A DNA stretch of 63,482 nucleotides, filler included, from Hyphochytrium catenoides (taxonomy: Eukaryota; Protista; Hyphochytriomycota), in the NCBI GenBank assembly GCA_900088475.1. It is 7 parts of 7 records of this genome, joined end to end, with 100 filler letters (N's around TTAATTAATTAA, not from the genome) between each part and the next. Parts side by side here need not be neighbours in the genome. Positions count along the whole stretch, not along the records: positions 44,906 to 62,164 come from FLMG01000249.1; 6 more parts are not named here. One strand, given 5' to 3'. The notes under the pieces are model-generated. The model made no database searches. It saw nothing but the letters and a program-made list of their open reading frames with translations, and was not told the origin of the DNA. This document shows, in pieces, positions 45,311-59,659 of this stretch (position 1 is its first letter; each line of letters opens with the position of its first letter). Made by a program: the position numbers and the translations under genes.

Positions 45311-47630
45311 GTGTGAAGGCGTCAAGCCATATCCAAGCGAGACCATTGACCAACAAGATGCAGAGAAGAAGCGTCAAGAGCAGAGCGGCCACACTCAAAT
45401 TTCATTAGATGTCCCACAATCAACGAAGCCCGGCATAGCTCCCTCTGTCTCTCAAAGCCTACCAACTAGCGGGACAAATTGCAGCCTACAGCCTGACAAG
45501 GAGCCTCGCATTTATGGAACTTCGTTTTCGTCAGACAAACGAACGACCCCTTAATAGCTTGCATGGACTGCTGCATAAAGGAAGGGTTCTGGATTGCAGC
45601 CAGTTCGTGATGGACACATCAGAGGCCGTAGTTCTATGCTGATAAGAAGAGGCGGAGAAGCCACGAACAAACAAATCTCCCGGTCTCAGATTTGACCATC
45701 CCGGAACGAGGAGGTGACGGGGTTCACAAGAGACTTTTGAGGCCAGAGTCGCGAAAAGGATAATTATTATTCGTTGAGCTTTCAGAACCCTATTCCTCCT
45801 CCTTCTTTGCTCTGTCTCATCATGATTTACTGACCACAGCTACTGCTAGAACTACTGCGAAGAAGAGGGGGAAAGAAGAAGAGAAGGAAGAAGCAGAAGA
45901 AAAAGGAAGAAGATGATGAAGGAAAAGAAAACGGAAGAGGGAAGAAGAGGAAGGAGAAGAGCCTTCTTGGTCTTCTCGTCCTCACCTCCATCATCTGCTC
46001 CACGCTCATTACCAGTTCTAAAAGGAAGGATGGAGGAAGGAGAGGAGGAGGAGGTGAAACCAAATGCTTCTTGGGGATAGCGCCACGATGTTGTTTATGC
46101 GCTCATTTTCTCTAGATACCGCGCCTTAGGTATATGACGGTACTCCGTATAGAAAACTGAGAGATAATAATAATAGGGACGTTGAGACCTAGTAGACGAG
46201 ATAGCTCACCAACTTTGGGTGGTAGCTGCCAACGAACCCCAAACCTAACCCTGATGAGGTTGGCTAGGCAAGAGAGCGCTCCAAGCAACCTTGAAATGGC
46301 GCCCAAGAGCTGGTCCAACACGCGGAGTTCCTAGTTAAACTGTGAATAAAAAGGCCCCTCCTTGTTCCTTGCGCTTTGTGACGTGCCTTCTTACCACTCC
46401 TCCGTCCTGACTGGATAATTAATAAACAATTAACAGTTCTCGTGTCATGATAATGGGCAACTAGTAATACGATACCGTTTTATCTCTATTTAAACGCTGG
46501 TGGTAGTAGGGCGAGCGGCCTTTTACAAACCTTAGATCAAGTGAATGAGAAGGCTAGCTGACGGGCACCACACCACCACCGTCACGGTAGGAGTTGTAAG
46601 AAGGGGAGCCATAATATCAACCAAGCGCAGTAGGACGACCGAGCATGGCTACGATGAAATATGGGACGTGGAACTACACACTGGAGCATCGGCAAAAGAA
46701 ATACCTTTCGTTCCTACGCTTTCCGATGGGCCTACCATTGGCCTTTACAGCATTCCTCCTACAGTAACAGGCAGTGCCATTGTATGGGCCAGCAGCAGGG
46801 CGACGATGATGATGGTTCTAGAAGTGGCTCCTCTTCCTCTCCTTTCTCTACAGAGTAGAACTATCCGAAAAACAGCAAACCCGCAAGCCCCAAGTCTGAA
46901 AACAACGCTGATGATGAAATAACCAGATTTAATCACCTGTTCACCTCGTCGCCCTGGTTGTGCTTATCGCCTTCAAGCTTTGACCGGCATTTCCTTGTTT
47001 CTCTCTTCCTACGCTCGTCCTCAGTAGCCAGGGTTTCAGATTCAGACAGCAGAGAAGACGACGTGACGACAGATGTGATGGTGTGATGCTGATATCAACA
47101 CTGGGGAGAGAGGCGGCGTAGAAGGACAGGGGGAAAACTGTTCTTCCTTTCCCCTTATTTTAGGGAGGAGAGCACGTACGTAGCTGTTTATACATACTTT
47201 ACACATACTTGGTAATGCTAAATAGAACATGCAGCGACGGGCTGTTAACAAAGGAAAGATCAAAGGGTGACTTATTCCGACAGGTAATAAGGACGACTAT
47301 CCTCGTGTTCTTAGCGCGACAGGCGCTACGATCGCCCAGCGCTGTTGATCAGAAACTACATCCCTCACCGGGTCCCGGCTGCCCATCTGTGAAAGAACTT
47401 GACAGATGTACTGCTTGCTAATGCCTGTCGTCAGTCACCTTAGGCTAAGGACATATCATTGCCATCATCAGACTCCACCTCTCCTACTTGAGTAGCCGCA
47501 TAGGGATTGATAACAGGATGGAGAGGATTGAAGACTGCAGCAAAATCAAACTTTCAAGCCAGGTGCAACATCGCAAGTTCCCAACGAACCTTGGCCATCA
47601 ACGCAAGAGAGATTGAATATACGGAACAAT

Positions 47631-50600
47631 ATGGTGTCTGCCCTAAAGGCACTATCGACAGCGCTCCTAAGCGCATGTCCACTCTTCCTAACCAGCGTTG
47701 CGGCGCTAATCCCACCCTCCAGCAGCACACTTCCAGCGCCGCCTGTGGCTGAGATCAGACCACACAATGTCACCATCGGCAGGGTCGAAGGGGAAAATCG
47801 GGGGCCCAACCCGATGGACCCCAGTATAACTCTTCAAGATGATTACTACTGGCTCCGGGATGACAACAGATCAGATCCAGATGTGTTGGCTTACCTCGAG
47901 GCGGAGAATGCGTACAGCGAAGCAATGATGGCGCACCTCAAACAGCCAGCAGAGCAACTTTACAAAGAATACATCTCCCGAGTGAAGGCACGTACTACTG
48001 CCCCATTGTCTGTAGTACTCCTTACCTGTCGGAATAAGCACCCTTTACCCTTTCCGTTGTTATCAGTAAGCTTAAAGGTCTTCTTCCTGACCGCCACTTT
48101 CGTCTCTCTGTCTCCAGTGGGAGCTTCCATTGACTAATGCTGTCTCTTTTTCCTTATTCCACAGCTTGCCGATGACAGCATTCCCACTCGCGTCGGCAAC
48201 TACCTGTACTTCTCACGCACAACAGAGACTCAATCCTATGAGATATATCTTCGGAAGCCAGTCAATGCCACCAATGGGACTGAAGAGGAGGAAGTCCTCG
48301 TCGACGTGAATGAGATCGCGAAGGGTCGGGAATTTACTGCCGTCTACGGCCTCAGTCCTAATTACGATCATACACTGATTACCTATTCAGCTGTAAGCGG
48401 CATTACTACCTCGTTCTGCTTTATGATGTAACTTCCTTTTCCCGCTCGCTATATTACTTGCCCTTCTTATCGCCACTAGAAACCCAATGATTATTGATGA
48501 CGTTTCTCATTGGGCCGCCTATATCTTCATCACTTCGCAGGACTTTGATGGCGACTTCAATGCAGATGTCTATTTCAAGAACCTGACTAGTGGCGAACTA
48601 CTTTCTGACTTCCTTAAGGGTGCCAACTCCCCTTCTTGGGATAAGAAAGAAAACATAGTTTATTACACCAGTAATGATGAAGCCAACCGCTCCTATCGGG
48701 TGTGGCGCCACGTCCTAGGAACGCTCCAGAGCCAGGATGAGCTAATCTACGAAGAGAAGGATACGCTGTTTGGCGTCTCTTCGTACATCTCTCAAGATGG
48801 GCGCTTCTTGATGTTATCGGCAAGTAGCACAGAGACCTCTGAGCTCCTCTATCTCGATCTTGAAGCGGTCAGAAAAGGAGGGAGCAGCAGCCTTTATGAT
48901 CTGAAGGTTTTCCAAACACGGATGAAGGGACTACGTTATGCGGTAGGTGATCATGAATTGTCGAGCTCTTTCTTATAACGGTAAGGGTGACACAGCCATT
49001 GCTGCTTGTGCATTCAGGTTGCTAAACAAGGTGAAAAGTTCTACATTGTAACCAATAAGGACGGCGCCGTAGAAAACCGTCTCATGGTAACGTCTCAAGA
49101 CGCTACCGAAATGGAGCACTGGCGTGACGTTGTGCCCTACACCAAAGAGCGCCTTATCCGTGGCATAGACTGTCTGAAGTCCTTTTGCGTCATCACTGGT
49201 CAGCAAGGTGCGAAATTGAATGATTATCCTAAGCGCCTTATCAGTGAAGAAGGAACTTGTCAATGAAATAGATGGGTGCTGTCACTTTGTTCCTCTTTAT
49301 ACTTTTGGTCTCATCAGAGTCTTTCTGTTTCATTTGTTGCCTTTGCCGTGCTGCTACACAGGCGGTATCTACCGTTCCTGGATCTTGGAGGCTGGAAAGG
49401 AGGAGCTGGGGCTGCAGCCACTGACTGTGGACGACCCTACCGCAAACGTGTATACGTACTTATCGTCCGGTGAGGAGGATGCGGTCCTCATGTACCTGAC
49501 GGATAGCGCGGTAAGGTTCCCGTCAGAACACCTCCTAGCCTTACTTTTGTTGCACGTTCTTTTCTTTATTACTTCCCGCACCGAAGACAACTTTTCTAAC
49601 TTTTTTTTCCGTTCAGATAAAGCCCTTCGAGACGTATGAGTATGATCCAAAGACCCAAACGCACAAGCTCCTTAAGGTCAAGAGACAGTAGAGTTTTACG
49701 AGCTATTCTCTCATCTTGCCACCATTGCCACTACCTCCACTGGGCTATGGCCCTCATCTAACTGCAGCCTTCGTACCAACGACTGGAGAGATTAACCTTC
49801 CATGTGTGCTTCTCCTTCCAGGGCGGGAATGTGCCCAACTACAATGCAGATCTCTACACCTCTGAAACGTTGCTCGTGACTGCTCGCGATGGGACGAAAG
49901 TGCCGCTATGGCTCACCTATCGGAAAGACATGAAGAGGAACTCTGCGCAGCCCCTTCTCTTGAATGGGTATGGCGCTTATGGAGCCAGTACGATGCCTTA
50001 CTTCTCAAGCGAAAGGTAAGGTCTCATAGCCTCGCTTATAATTGTCTTACCTCCGAGGACTTACTGACGTTATTGCTCTATTTCTACGCATTTCCTTTTG
50101 TCTTTGTTTTACAGAGTCGCCTTGCTGGATCGCGGGGTAATCTTCGCAGCGGCACAGGTCCGCGGTGGCAGTGACCTGGGTCGGTATTGGTATGAGGAAC
50201 AGGGCAAGTACCTTCAGAAGAAGAACACGTTCTACGACTTCATTGATTGCGCCGAACATCTTATCAAGCAGAACTACACGGGTCCATCTCAACTGGCCAT
50301 TGAAGGGGCAAGTGCGGGTATGCAATGAAGAGATAGTTGTCGCCGTGGCTCATAACCGCGGTTGGCCGATATAGATATAGATCACAGCTCTGACGCACTC
50401 TCGTCTGCAGGGGGTCTCCTGATTGGAGCTGTGGTCAACATGCGCCCTGAGCTATTCAAGGTTGCAAGCGCTGGAGTTCCGTTCGTCGATGTCCTGGTCA
50501 CTATGAGCGATCGTAAGCGAAAACATTAATGTCCGAGCGCTCTACCTCGTCCATTCTCGCATTACCCATGATGATACTCGGTTCATCCTTTAAATAATGT

Positions 50601-51320
50601 GGCTCTTCTTTACTGTCGGCCTGCTCTTGTGTTAGACTCTACTCACACCTTGATTTTCTTTGTTTCTTCCCCCGTCAGCTTCCATCCCTCTAACGACTGG
50701 TGAGTGGGAAGAGTGGGGCAATCCCAACGAGGAGAAGTTCTATGAGGTAAGCTAAGGAATGGACTTGCGTGCTAGAAGAATAAGGCGACCTTAGGTCCGG
50801 GAGAACGAGGAGAAGAGCCTGTCCTGTGCCTTGCGTAATAGGAGAGGTTTTGTGCTTCTAATTTTTGGATGTGTTATCGTCACTCGCGTTACCTTGCTAA
50901 AGTGCCACCGACTAACGTGTGCCTCTCGCTATCTAGTACATTAAATCATACTCTCCCATCGACAATGTGCGTGCTCAAAGCTATCCCGCTATGCTGGTGA
51001 CCGGTGGACTTAACGATAAACAGGTGTGTCACTCGTCGCTAGTCCTCTCGAACAACCGCCACAGCCGTGAACTTCGCTCAATCGGATCACCGACTGAAAA
51101 CTCATCCTCCCCTAATCTCTTTTCTGTTCACTACTAGGTCGGATATTGGGAACCTGCCAAATGGGTAGCCAAGCTTTGTCGCTTCAAGACAGATGCCAAT
51201 CCTCTTTTGCTGAAGATCAACACCGATGCCGGCCACGGCGGCAGCTCCGACCGCTTTGAGTACTACAGGGAAAAAGCACTTGAGACAGCTTTCCTTCTGG
51301 AGCAAATAGGCGCACTTTAA
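47631..51320 (+). CDS. opdB: Oligopeptidase B (S9A), copy 2, ~740 aa, putative signal peptide; exons 47631-47987, 48165-48392, 48541-48942, 49018-49207, 49362-49510, 49617-49676, 49822-50015, 50115-50317, 50411-50512, 50679-50746, 50937-51023, 51138-51320
   Basis: The 12 exons sum to 2223 nt in frame. Catalytic motifs [21 protein letters not shown] and TDAGHGG are intact. TAA at 51318-51320. Confidence 0.93.
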
Positions 51321-52899
51321 GTGTACCAAGGAACAAGACCGATCAATAGATAATGGGCAACAACCTTAGTCCTTTGTTACAGAGATGGAAGGAAGAGAGA
51401 CAAAGATACATTATGAAGGCCGAACTGGCTAGTGTCGTTTCATCTCACAGAATGCTTTTATAAAGCTCTTTTTGTAAACCAATACTTCGTTTACCACTTT
51501 CACAAGCGCCCGCTATATACCGTCCATACCTCTCTACTATTCTTCAGAGGTTGGTCATTAGTTCCGTCTACCCATTCCATAGAAGGTGATGAAAAAGCCA
51601 AAGCAATTTCTTTTATGGCCCGAGTTGTCACCGGTGGATTCCTCTATGTTTCTCTTTCATTAAAAGGTGACTTGAACATATTAAGATATAAGATGTTGGA
51701 ATGGACATTGCTTCATCCATCATCTAGTTGCTCTCCTACAGGTCCTCTCTGATACCGGGTAGCAATCACAGTCGCGCCAGGCATTCCTCTAAAGCAGCCC
51801 GACGAGCGTGGATGGGCAATACCTCTAGCGCATTTAAGTAGACGGAAAACGGAAGGAGAAGGTTGCTTGTTTAGCTATCTTTTCGTAATAGGTAGTGGGT
51901 CAGATGATGGTTCTGATCCTGTCGCGGCACGATGGGGGCTAGGCCCTGCCAATATATCACTTTGCTCTTTGCCTCAAGAAGGAGGAAACCCCTTCGCACT
52001 GTTCCTTGTTGCCCTCTCTCATCACCACCTAGCCTCCTTAGGTGAGTTCTCCTCCTCGCCCCTTCCTCCTCCCAATTCGCTCTTTTCCTAGTTGACAGCA
52101 GTATAGTATGCATTATTATTCATAAAGAAGTATCATCGTTGAATTTCTCAGCAGTCATAACAAGAAGAGGAGAAGAAGAAGGAGGAGCAAGTGAAGCACC
52201 GACGACATTGCCATCATCATCGTACTCAACCGCGAGGCAAGCAAGAGAACGGTCCAGCTGCTGAAAAGCAATACGTTTCTGAAGCACGTTTTCTTCATGA
52301 ATAGCCAAAGAGACGCTTGTTATCCCTTCTCCACCTCCGGGCGGCCATTCTTTTTGCTCTATGCTGACAACAATATCCAGCCGCTCCTACTTCCTCTTCA
52401 ATGTTTCTCGCCATCGTATCCCTTTTCCATTCTCACCTTTCCCAATAATCAGGCTACCACTACTACTGTTAGCTCATCTTCTTCTTCATCCCCTTTTCTG
52501 TCAGTTGATAGCGAAAGGATTTGTTAGCCTATTCTTCCCTTCTCCCTTTAGCTGCTGCTAATAATTGACTAGCTTCTCATTCCGCTCTACAGACCACTTT
52601 CTCCACTAGTGGGTGCAGCCTAGAACCCTTGCTTAGGCAGCAGCAGCCCATGTCTCTTGTATAAAAAAAGGAAGTTAAACAAGTACGAGGTTCCATGTCC
52701 CGCTGCTGTGGGGTTGCAATCTGTCCCGTTAGTTTGTTGGCAGTCGTTCGGGCGGGGAGCTATGCCATGGGTCGCTCTCTGTGTGGGGTATCTGGTGAAG
52801 CTTCTTCAGTGTGACCGCTCTGCTTTTGAGGCTTCTTGTTGGCATCTTGGTCAATAGTCCTCCCGCCCTGCGTATGGCCTCACACCTTCATACCCACTT

Positions 52900-54560
52900 C
52901 TCTTTAGCTTGTCATGAAGAAAACGCGCTTCGGAGTCTGAAGCGTATTCCTCTTTAGCAATTGGACCCTTCCCTTCTTGTTGCTCGCCTTACGGTCGACT
53001 ATGATGATGACCATATCGTTCGATGTTGCACCTCCTATCAATTACTCCTCCTTGCCCATTCTCTATTGTCGTTTCAGTCTTGCCTTCCCTCTTTCTTTCT
53101 TGCTGTCTGTCTCCTATCACCCTTCTGCAGGTCTCTCTCTTCCCTCTCTCTCTCTCGCCCTCTCTTTCTGTGTCCTTTCTTCCTCTAGACACTTTCCCTT
53201 ATCGTTTTCTCTCTCTCCTCCTTGCGATGTCCGTTCTTCGCTTCTCTCTTTCTTTCTCTCGCCTAGAAGCCCTAACTTGTATTCCCTTCCTGCCTGTCGC
53301 TATACCCCATCCCTCTTCCTCTCTTGCTCTCCTCTCTTTTGCTCTCTCTTCCTCTCCTCCCTCATTGCTTCTGTTCCCTTTCTTCTCACCTTCTTCGTCC
53401 TTCTCTCTCCCTCTCTCTCTTTCACTCTCTCCCTTATGATTTCTCCTCTCTCTCTTATCCTACCTTTCTCTCCTCTTCTCTCTCGTGCTCACCTCATCGC
53501 GTTTCTCGTCTCTTTGTATCTGTAGCTGGGTCCTTCTTACCTCGAACATCTGGAAGAGAGACAACGGCAGACCATGAGAAAGGCGCAAGAGAATCTCAAG
53601 AATGAAGCTTAAAAAATGCATCAAAAACATAGAACTCTCGCCTTTCGAGGGAGGACAGAGCTGAGAGAAGAAACAAGGCTTACAAGGGGAAGAAGAGCCA
53701 GTTCCGATCTTCGCTGTACAATTCTATGGACGCTGACCGAAAAGTGAGCTTGCCATCTCTTGGAAGCCCGACCTAGATAGTTGCCGGTTCCCTCTGTGCT
53801 TCTTTCTCTCTAAGTTCTGTCGACCTCCCTTNNNNNNNNNNNNNNNCCTTGGAGTCAAATCTCTCTCCGCCTCTCTCTCTTTCCCTCTCTCTCCTTTGCT
53901 CAGTCTCTGTCGCGCTCTGTTTCTCTGCCTCTCTTCCCCCTTTTCAACAAATGAATCTTGTCACTTGTGACGCTGTTCTCTTTTTTCTTTCTGTGGCCCC
54001 TTCCTTTTTCTTCCATTATTATCGCTCTTCCTTATCCCGACTCAATTGTTCCTTCTTCGTTCTCCTCGCCTGGTCTTTCTACACCGCCTTCTACTGGGTT
54101 AGGAATCGCTTAGCGCCTGTTCCCCGACTAAGACGTAGGGTGAATGAGATGTGAGCACAGCTCAGCAGCAACCAGCCCAGTTAGATATGCGTGAGAGAGA
54201 GAACGAGGGTGAAGAGAAAATGAGACCTAGAAGGAATTAGCTTATCAATACGTCCTTCTTTTACTTCTCTCCCTCTCTTCTCCGTCGCTCTTTGCACTAT
54301 CATTTTTGCTCTCACGGTCTCTGTCTCTCGCTTTCTTTCTGTCTCTCCTTCCTTTTCTTATCTTTCTCTCTCTCTTTTATTTCTCTTCCAGGGGCTTTGC
54401 TCTAGGATGAGGTTCAGAGGTATTGATTATCTTTCCTTCACTGCAAATGGCCATTTCATTGAGAAAGAAGCGAAGGATAGAAGTCTGAAACGATGCAGGA
54501 GCCAAGAAGACACGGAAGAAGAAGAAGATACGGCACTCCGTAGCTGGCAATAGTGAGACG
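52900..54560 (+). pseudogene. Possible decayed spliced gene (exon-like blocks ~53527-53743 and ~54391-54552)
   Basis: Purine-rich, coding-looking blocks follow (CT)n tracts and YAG acceptors, and one ends at a GTGAGC donor. The best frame contains stops and no family is recognised. Confidence 0.25.
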
Positions 54561-55722
54561 ACCGACCTAAGTACCTACGGTTAGACAGAGGGACAGAGGA
54601 GAGAAAGAACGAGAGAGCGCAAGAGAGAGAGAGAGAAGGAATAAAAAGATTGACACCTGAGGGGACGGCTCCGAGAACAAGAAGAAGTGAGGCCCGAAGA
54701 AAGTCTATGCGAGCGACCGACTGAGGACAGGCAAAGAAGACAACAGCAGCAGACCGAGAAGGGAAGGAATAAAAGATTGGAGAAGAGATGAAGAGACAGG
54801 AAAGTAATCGAAGAGAAAGAGAGAAGAGAGGAAGAGATAGACAGGAAACTTACCTCCGCATTTTTACCCCTCAGAGGATGCAGGAGGATGAACAGATTTT
54901 TTCCTACCTAATGTATTCTCTAGCTCTTCTGTCCTACTCCCTCGGGCCTTACCATCGTTCTCCATTCGTCATACATCATCTGCCTCGTCTATCTCCTCTT
55001 CTGAGCTCTTCCATGTGCCCGGGCACAATCCTAAGAGTTAGCCACCTTTGGCTGCTCTGTGCTGTTGCACTGCCATTCCTAGTTGTACTGAGGCGGTTTC
55101 TCTCCCACTCTTTTCTTGCGGGTCAAGAAGAAGCCGCTTGGCGTTTATTTGCTGTGCTGTTACGGGAGGATAGGATAGGAGAGAGAATGAGAGGGAGACC
55201 AAGATGAGGGGATAGGGAAGAGGGAAAGCAAGATGAGGGGTTGGGGAAGATAGACAGCAGAGATAGAGGAGAGGGGGGAGAAGAGAGACTGCAGATCGTA
55301 TAAGATCGTCCTTGGTAGAGTAACTCCTCCTCCTCCGCAGTGGATTATTAGCAGCGTTGTTGACGAGAACAATCCGAGGGTACCCATTGGGGACCTCAAA
55401 CAAGACGACGACTCTCATCCATCTGTAGAAGGAGGCCTTTATAAAAGTTGAGGGAGTGAAAAAAAAGTTTGAATACTGATGATGAGCTGACAAAACAGGT
55501 CCTGCGCTTTATTATCGATCGAACAGAAGAAGATCCTCTCTGCCTTACGATATCTTGGAGAAGAAGAGAGAAAGGAAGTGGAGATTTTTAGCTACTTGTC
55601 CGATATATAGTATGACAGGCAATGCCGACCGAAGCGGTGATGATATTCGTTCGCCGCAGAAACCGCAAAGCGAAAGAACAATGTAAGAAAAGAGGGAAGT
55701 TGACGATTGCACTCTCTCTCTC

Positions 55723-55770
<48 letters not shown>

Positions 55771-58700
55771 ACCTCTCCTTCATTCTCTCGTCATCTTGGT
55801 CCCAGTCTATTGACGCTTGGCAAGTTGACTTTTTGGGAGGGACGGAGAAAGACGTCGAAGCGAGAGAGAGAATGCAACGGTATACGGAAAACAGAGGAGC
55901 TAAAGGCCCTGTGTCTCCGTCGTTATTCAAGCCAGGCGCATACATGCTTCATGCGTCAGCTTCCGCTGCTTCTGCCAGTCCCTCCATACTCTCTCTTTGG
56001 CAGAGTGAAAGAATTGAGGAATGAAGGAAGAGAAGAGCCCGACAAGCAGGAGGAGAGAGAGGAAGAGAGGAAGATAGAAATGAAGGGATAGACATAGCGA
56101 GAACGTGACGGGAACATGGAGGTAGATAGACGGGAGACAATGAACGTTTGTGCCATAGAGAGGAGAGGTAGCCGCAGATATTAGTGCATATTCTTTTTTG
56201 AAAAGTAAAGACAGATGCTATATCTTCATCGAGGAAAGCAAACGACCATATCACATGTAAGAAGAAAGTGAGCAGGGCTATCTAAGTCCTCGCTTCAGTG
56301 TGCCGGCTTCCCTAGCCCCGACAAAGCTTCGCAGGTGAGAATATTTGGAGGTGATGATTAGGACTCTCTTTTACAGCAGCGAAGCTTATCGCCAAGTTAT
56401 CTCTACTAAACACACCGCCATCCGTTGAACGGAATCTATGAAGAAGGGTAAGAAGAAAGATGTACCTCTATCGAGGAAAAGGGAAAGCCGAGGAAACAGA
56501 GGTAGGATGCCTTTTTGCTGGGCTCCTCCTTCTTCTACTGTTCAGTTGCTCGTAGTAGGGCTGGCTCCAAGAGATAAATGGGCCAGCTCCTCGTAACTCA
56601 GACCAATATAGTCCAGCGTCCAGCGAGATGCACATATATAACATCTTTCTTCCCTTTGACTAACAGTCTTCTGAGAGAAGGTAAGACTTGGTGCAACATC
56701 CTCGTGTACTAGTAGAGGGAGTACATAGCAAAGGAAGTGGAGATGCTAACTCACCTTTCCACTCTTTCTTCCATTTTTTTTCAATCTTTCCCCCACCGTA
56801 CCGTGGCTCTCCCTCGTTGTCAACTGAGGAAAAAGAGATGATAACGATACCTCCTTCTAGGTTATCTAGGAGAGATAATGAGAGGGACAGGGAGGAGAAA
56901 CCATCGCCCTGATACCAACTTTCCCAGATCTATCAGTACCCCTAAAGTCTGGTGAGGTGAGCGAGAGAAGAAATACAAACGCTCTTTCTTCTCCTTATGC
57001 TCTCCTTTCCTCCCTCCTTCTCCTCGTTTTCTTCTCTTTCTTTTTTCTCTCTCTCTCCTTAATCGTCTCTGTTCTCTCTAAGCTCGCTCATCTTCTTTCA
57101 TCCCTTCTCCACAGATGACTTATTTACTTTAATGTTCAACGGGAGAAGGGAAGAAGGAAATAAGAAACAGCTCTTCAACACCATCATCTTGATTGCTCTT
57201 TCCGGAGTTTGAGCAAAGAGTGAAGCGAGCATCAACGAGCCGTCAGCCTAGGCCTTTGCCCTGGACCGATTAGCAGCACAAAACTAAGGCTCTGTACGTG
57301 AGGAGATTCCACAAAGCACAGACGCTCGTCTACAGAGTTTATAGATTGAGGTAGCAAAGGGAACACAATCAAGTCTAAAAAGTGCTACCGAAGAGCGAAA
57401 AAGCGCGGAAGAAGAGAGAAGAGCAGCCTTTTTAACAGGCTTGCTCTTCTGTGATGTGAAGCAAAAAGTTGACTATCGATGATGTTAAAGCTATAGGAAG
57501 AAGCTCCTCTTAATCCTCTTTTCTTCTTCTATCTAGCATAACTGACGAACATTCCTGACAGTCACTCTTTAATTAGCCCCTGTACTCTGGTATTGTCTAG
57601 AGCGAATGATCTATCTTTCTCCTCCTATAATTTCCCTCATCAAGAGGGTTTCTAACCTCAAGGATGTCGTCATTGGCCTGCCCATCCACGTGCAGACAGT
57701 GGTGACCGTTCCATCGGGTTAATAAGTACCTGGCGTACAAAGATCACTTCAACTTTGTGCCCAGCAGCGAACTCTGCCTTGCAGCGCTAGTCGTTGTTCT
57801 ACTAATTCTTGTTTGTACTTAGCCATAGGAGGCGACCGGGTTGGCGCATGCATGGCACGCAGCGCCCAACGATTGAAAGACAGCCTCCTGCTTAGCTAAA
57901 CGTCTACACTCGGAGTCAGCGAGTGGCTGCCGGAGAGGAGACTTCTCCCTGGCTTTTCCTCTTCGCTTTTCCTCACGACGGCTCTTGATAATTTCCTAGT
58001 GTTACGGTCTACTCTCCTGCAAATGATTAGGGTTCCTATTCCTACATCAAAGGTTGGCATCATGTAGCCACTCATCTGCCTCTCTTTTCCTCTTGCCCTA
58101 CCCTGGTCCCTTGATAACCTCTCTTTGTGTCCTCCCGTATCTTAGTGGCTAGGACAACCCTACCTCTCTCTTCCTTTCCAGGCAGGATTTCTCTCATTAC
58201 TTAGCCTATTTTCCCCCGTCCTTCTTTCCTTGTAGCTATGATCACCGTTTAGATAGCTTCACTAACTTCTATTTGTCACATCATCACCGCTTTCTTCTCC
58301 TCAGCTTTATCTGGCCTCTCTCGTCCATCATTCTCTCTGCTCTCTCTTTTTCCTCTTTCTCTCTCTCTCCCTATATATATTCTAGTATGATTATGGCCCT
58401 GTGTTCACCTTCTTTTACCGCTGTTCATTTTCCCATTTCGTGCATCACCCTTCTCCAGCCGGGGCCTCTACATTCCTTCAGTCTCTCACTCTCTACCTGT
58501 TTTTGGTCCTCGGAGACAATCGCTCTATTTTCTCCTTACATATCTATTGTGAGATCTTCAGTTTACGTACCGCTCCTCCCTCTGCATGTCTGCCCTGTCT
58601 GTTAGCCCGATTTGAAGTAGCAGCCTTCTTTTCTTCATCTGGCCTCCGTTTCTATCGCTCTCCAACTCCCAGAATGTTACTCAACCTCAACATTCCCCTC

Positions 58701-59659
58701 TTATCTCATTGTTTCTCTTTGCAGCGGCTTCCCCTACATCTTTCTTGCTTTCTCCTGTGTAATGTATAGGTTCTTAGTGCTACGTCCTAGCATCCCTCAG
58801 TGCCCTTCACTTCTGAATTGGCAAACTGTTTAATTCAATTTGCAATCTCCATCGTCGATAGTTATGTTCTTCTTCCGACTATCAGTATTCTGATAATGAA
58901 GAGGTGCGAAAAAGTTTTCATGGACTAATTCAGAGACTAAAGTACGGGAGATCCAACATAGAGAACGTTCCTGAATTTACGGACCTTCTGCAAGCAGAAA
59001 ACAGACGCGTAAGTGAAGAAAGCGGTAGCGACTAGGAGGAAAAGCATCAGGGTATCATTGATTCTAATGATACACTCAGGAGACGGCGGGGATGTCCTCT
59101 CTTTCCCTTTCTATTTCTCTACTCTTCTCGCTCCTTGATCTTTCCCCTCTTGTCCCTCTATCAATTATGAAATGTGCAAGAGTGCATAGAATCATGAGAT
59201 CTTTTTCTAGCAAACAAACAAATCCCCTTTAGTAGAGAGAGAAAGAGAGAATCAATATTTGACGTATGCAGCTACCTCTTCTGCTTCTCTCTTCTGTTTC
59301 TCCTTTTCTTCTCCCTTCCAAATTGGTAAATTTTCTTCCAATAGGGGACACTCCATCTGCCCTCTCTTCTTCCTCCACTCATCTGGGCCCAGGTGCCTGA
59401 CGCTAGTCACCGGGAAGGACGTTACACAGAAAACGAAGGGAGACAGAGGATGCATGAGTACACGAATATAAAGGTATGGAAGAGTAGAAGAAGGAACAAA
59501 GGAAAAAATGGGGTCCGTGATCGTTTCTCCCTTGCTAAACCAAAGCACGGGGCATGCTCATTTTCTTTGCCTGTGGCAGAGATAGAAGTAGGAGTGAGGG
59601 ACAACAAGGTGACATACTAAAGTACGAGTAGTGAAAGGCGTGTAGGACAGAGCAAAACA

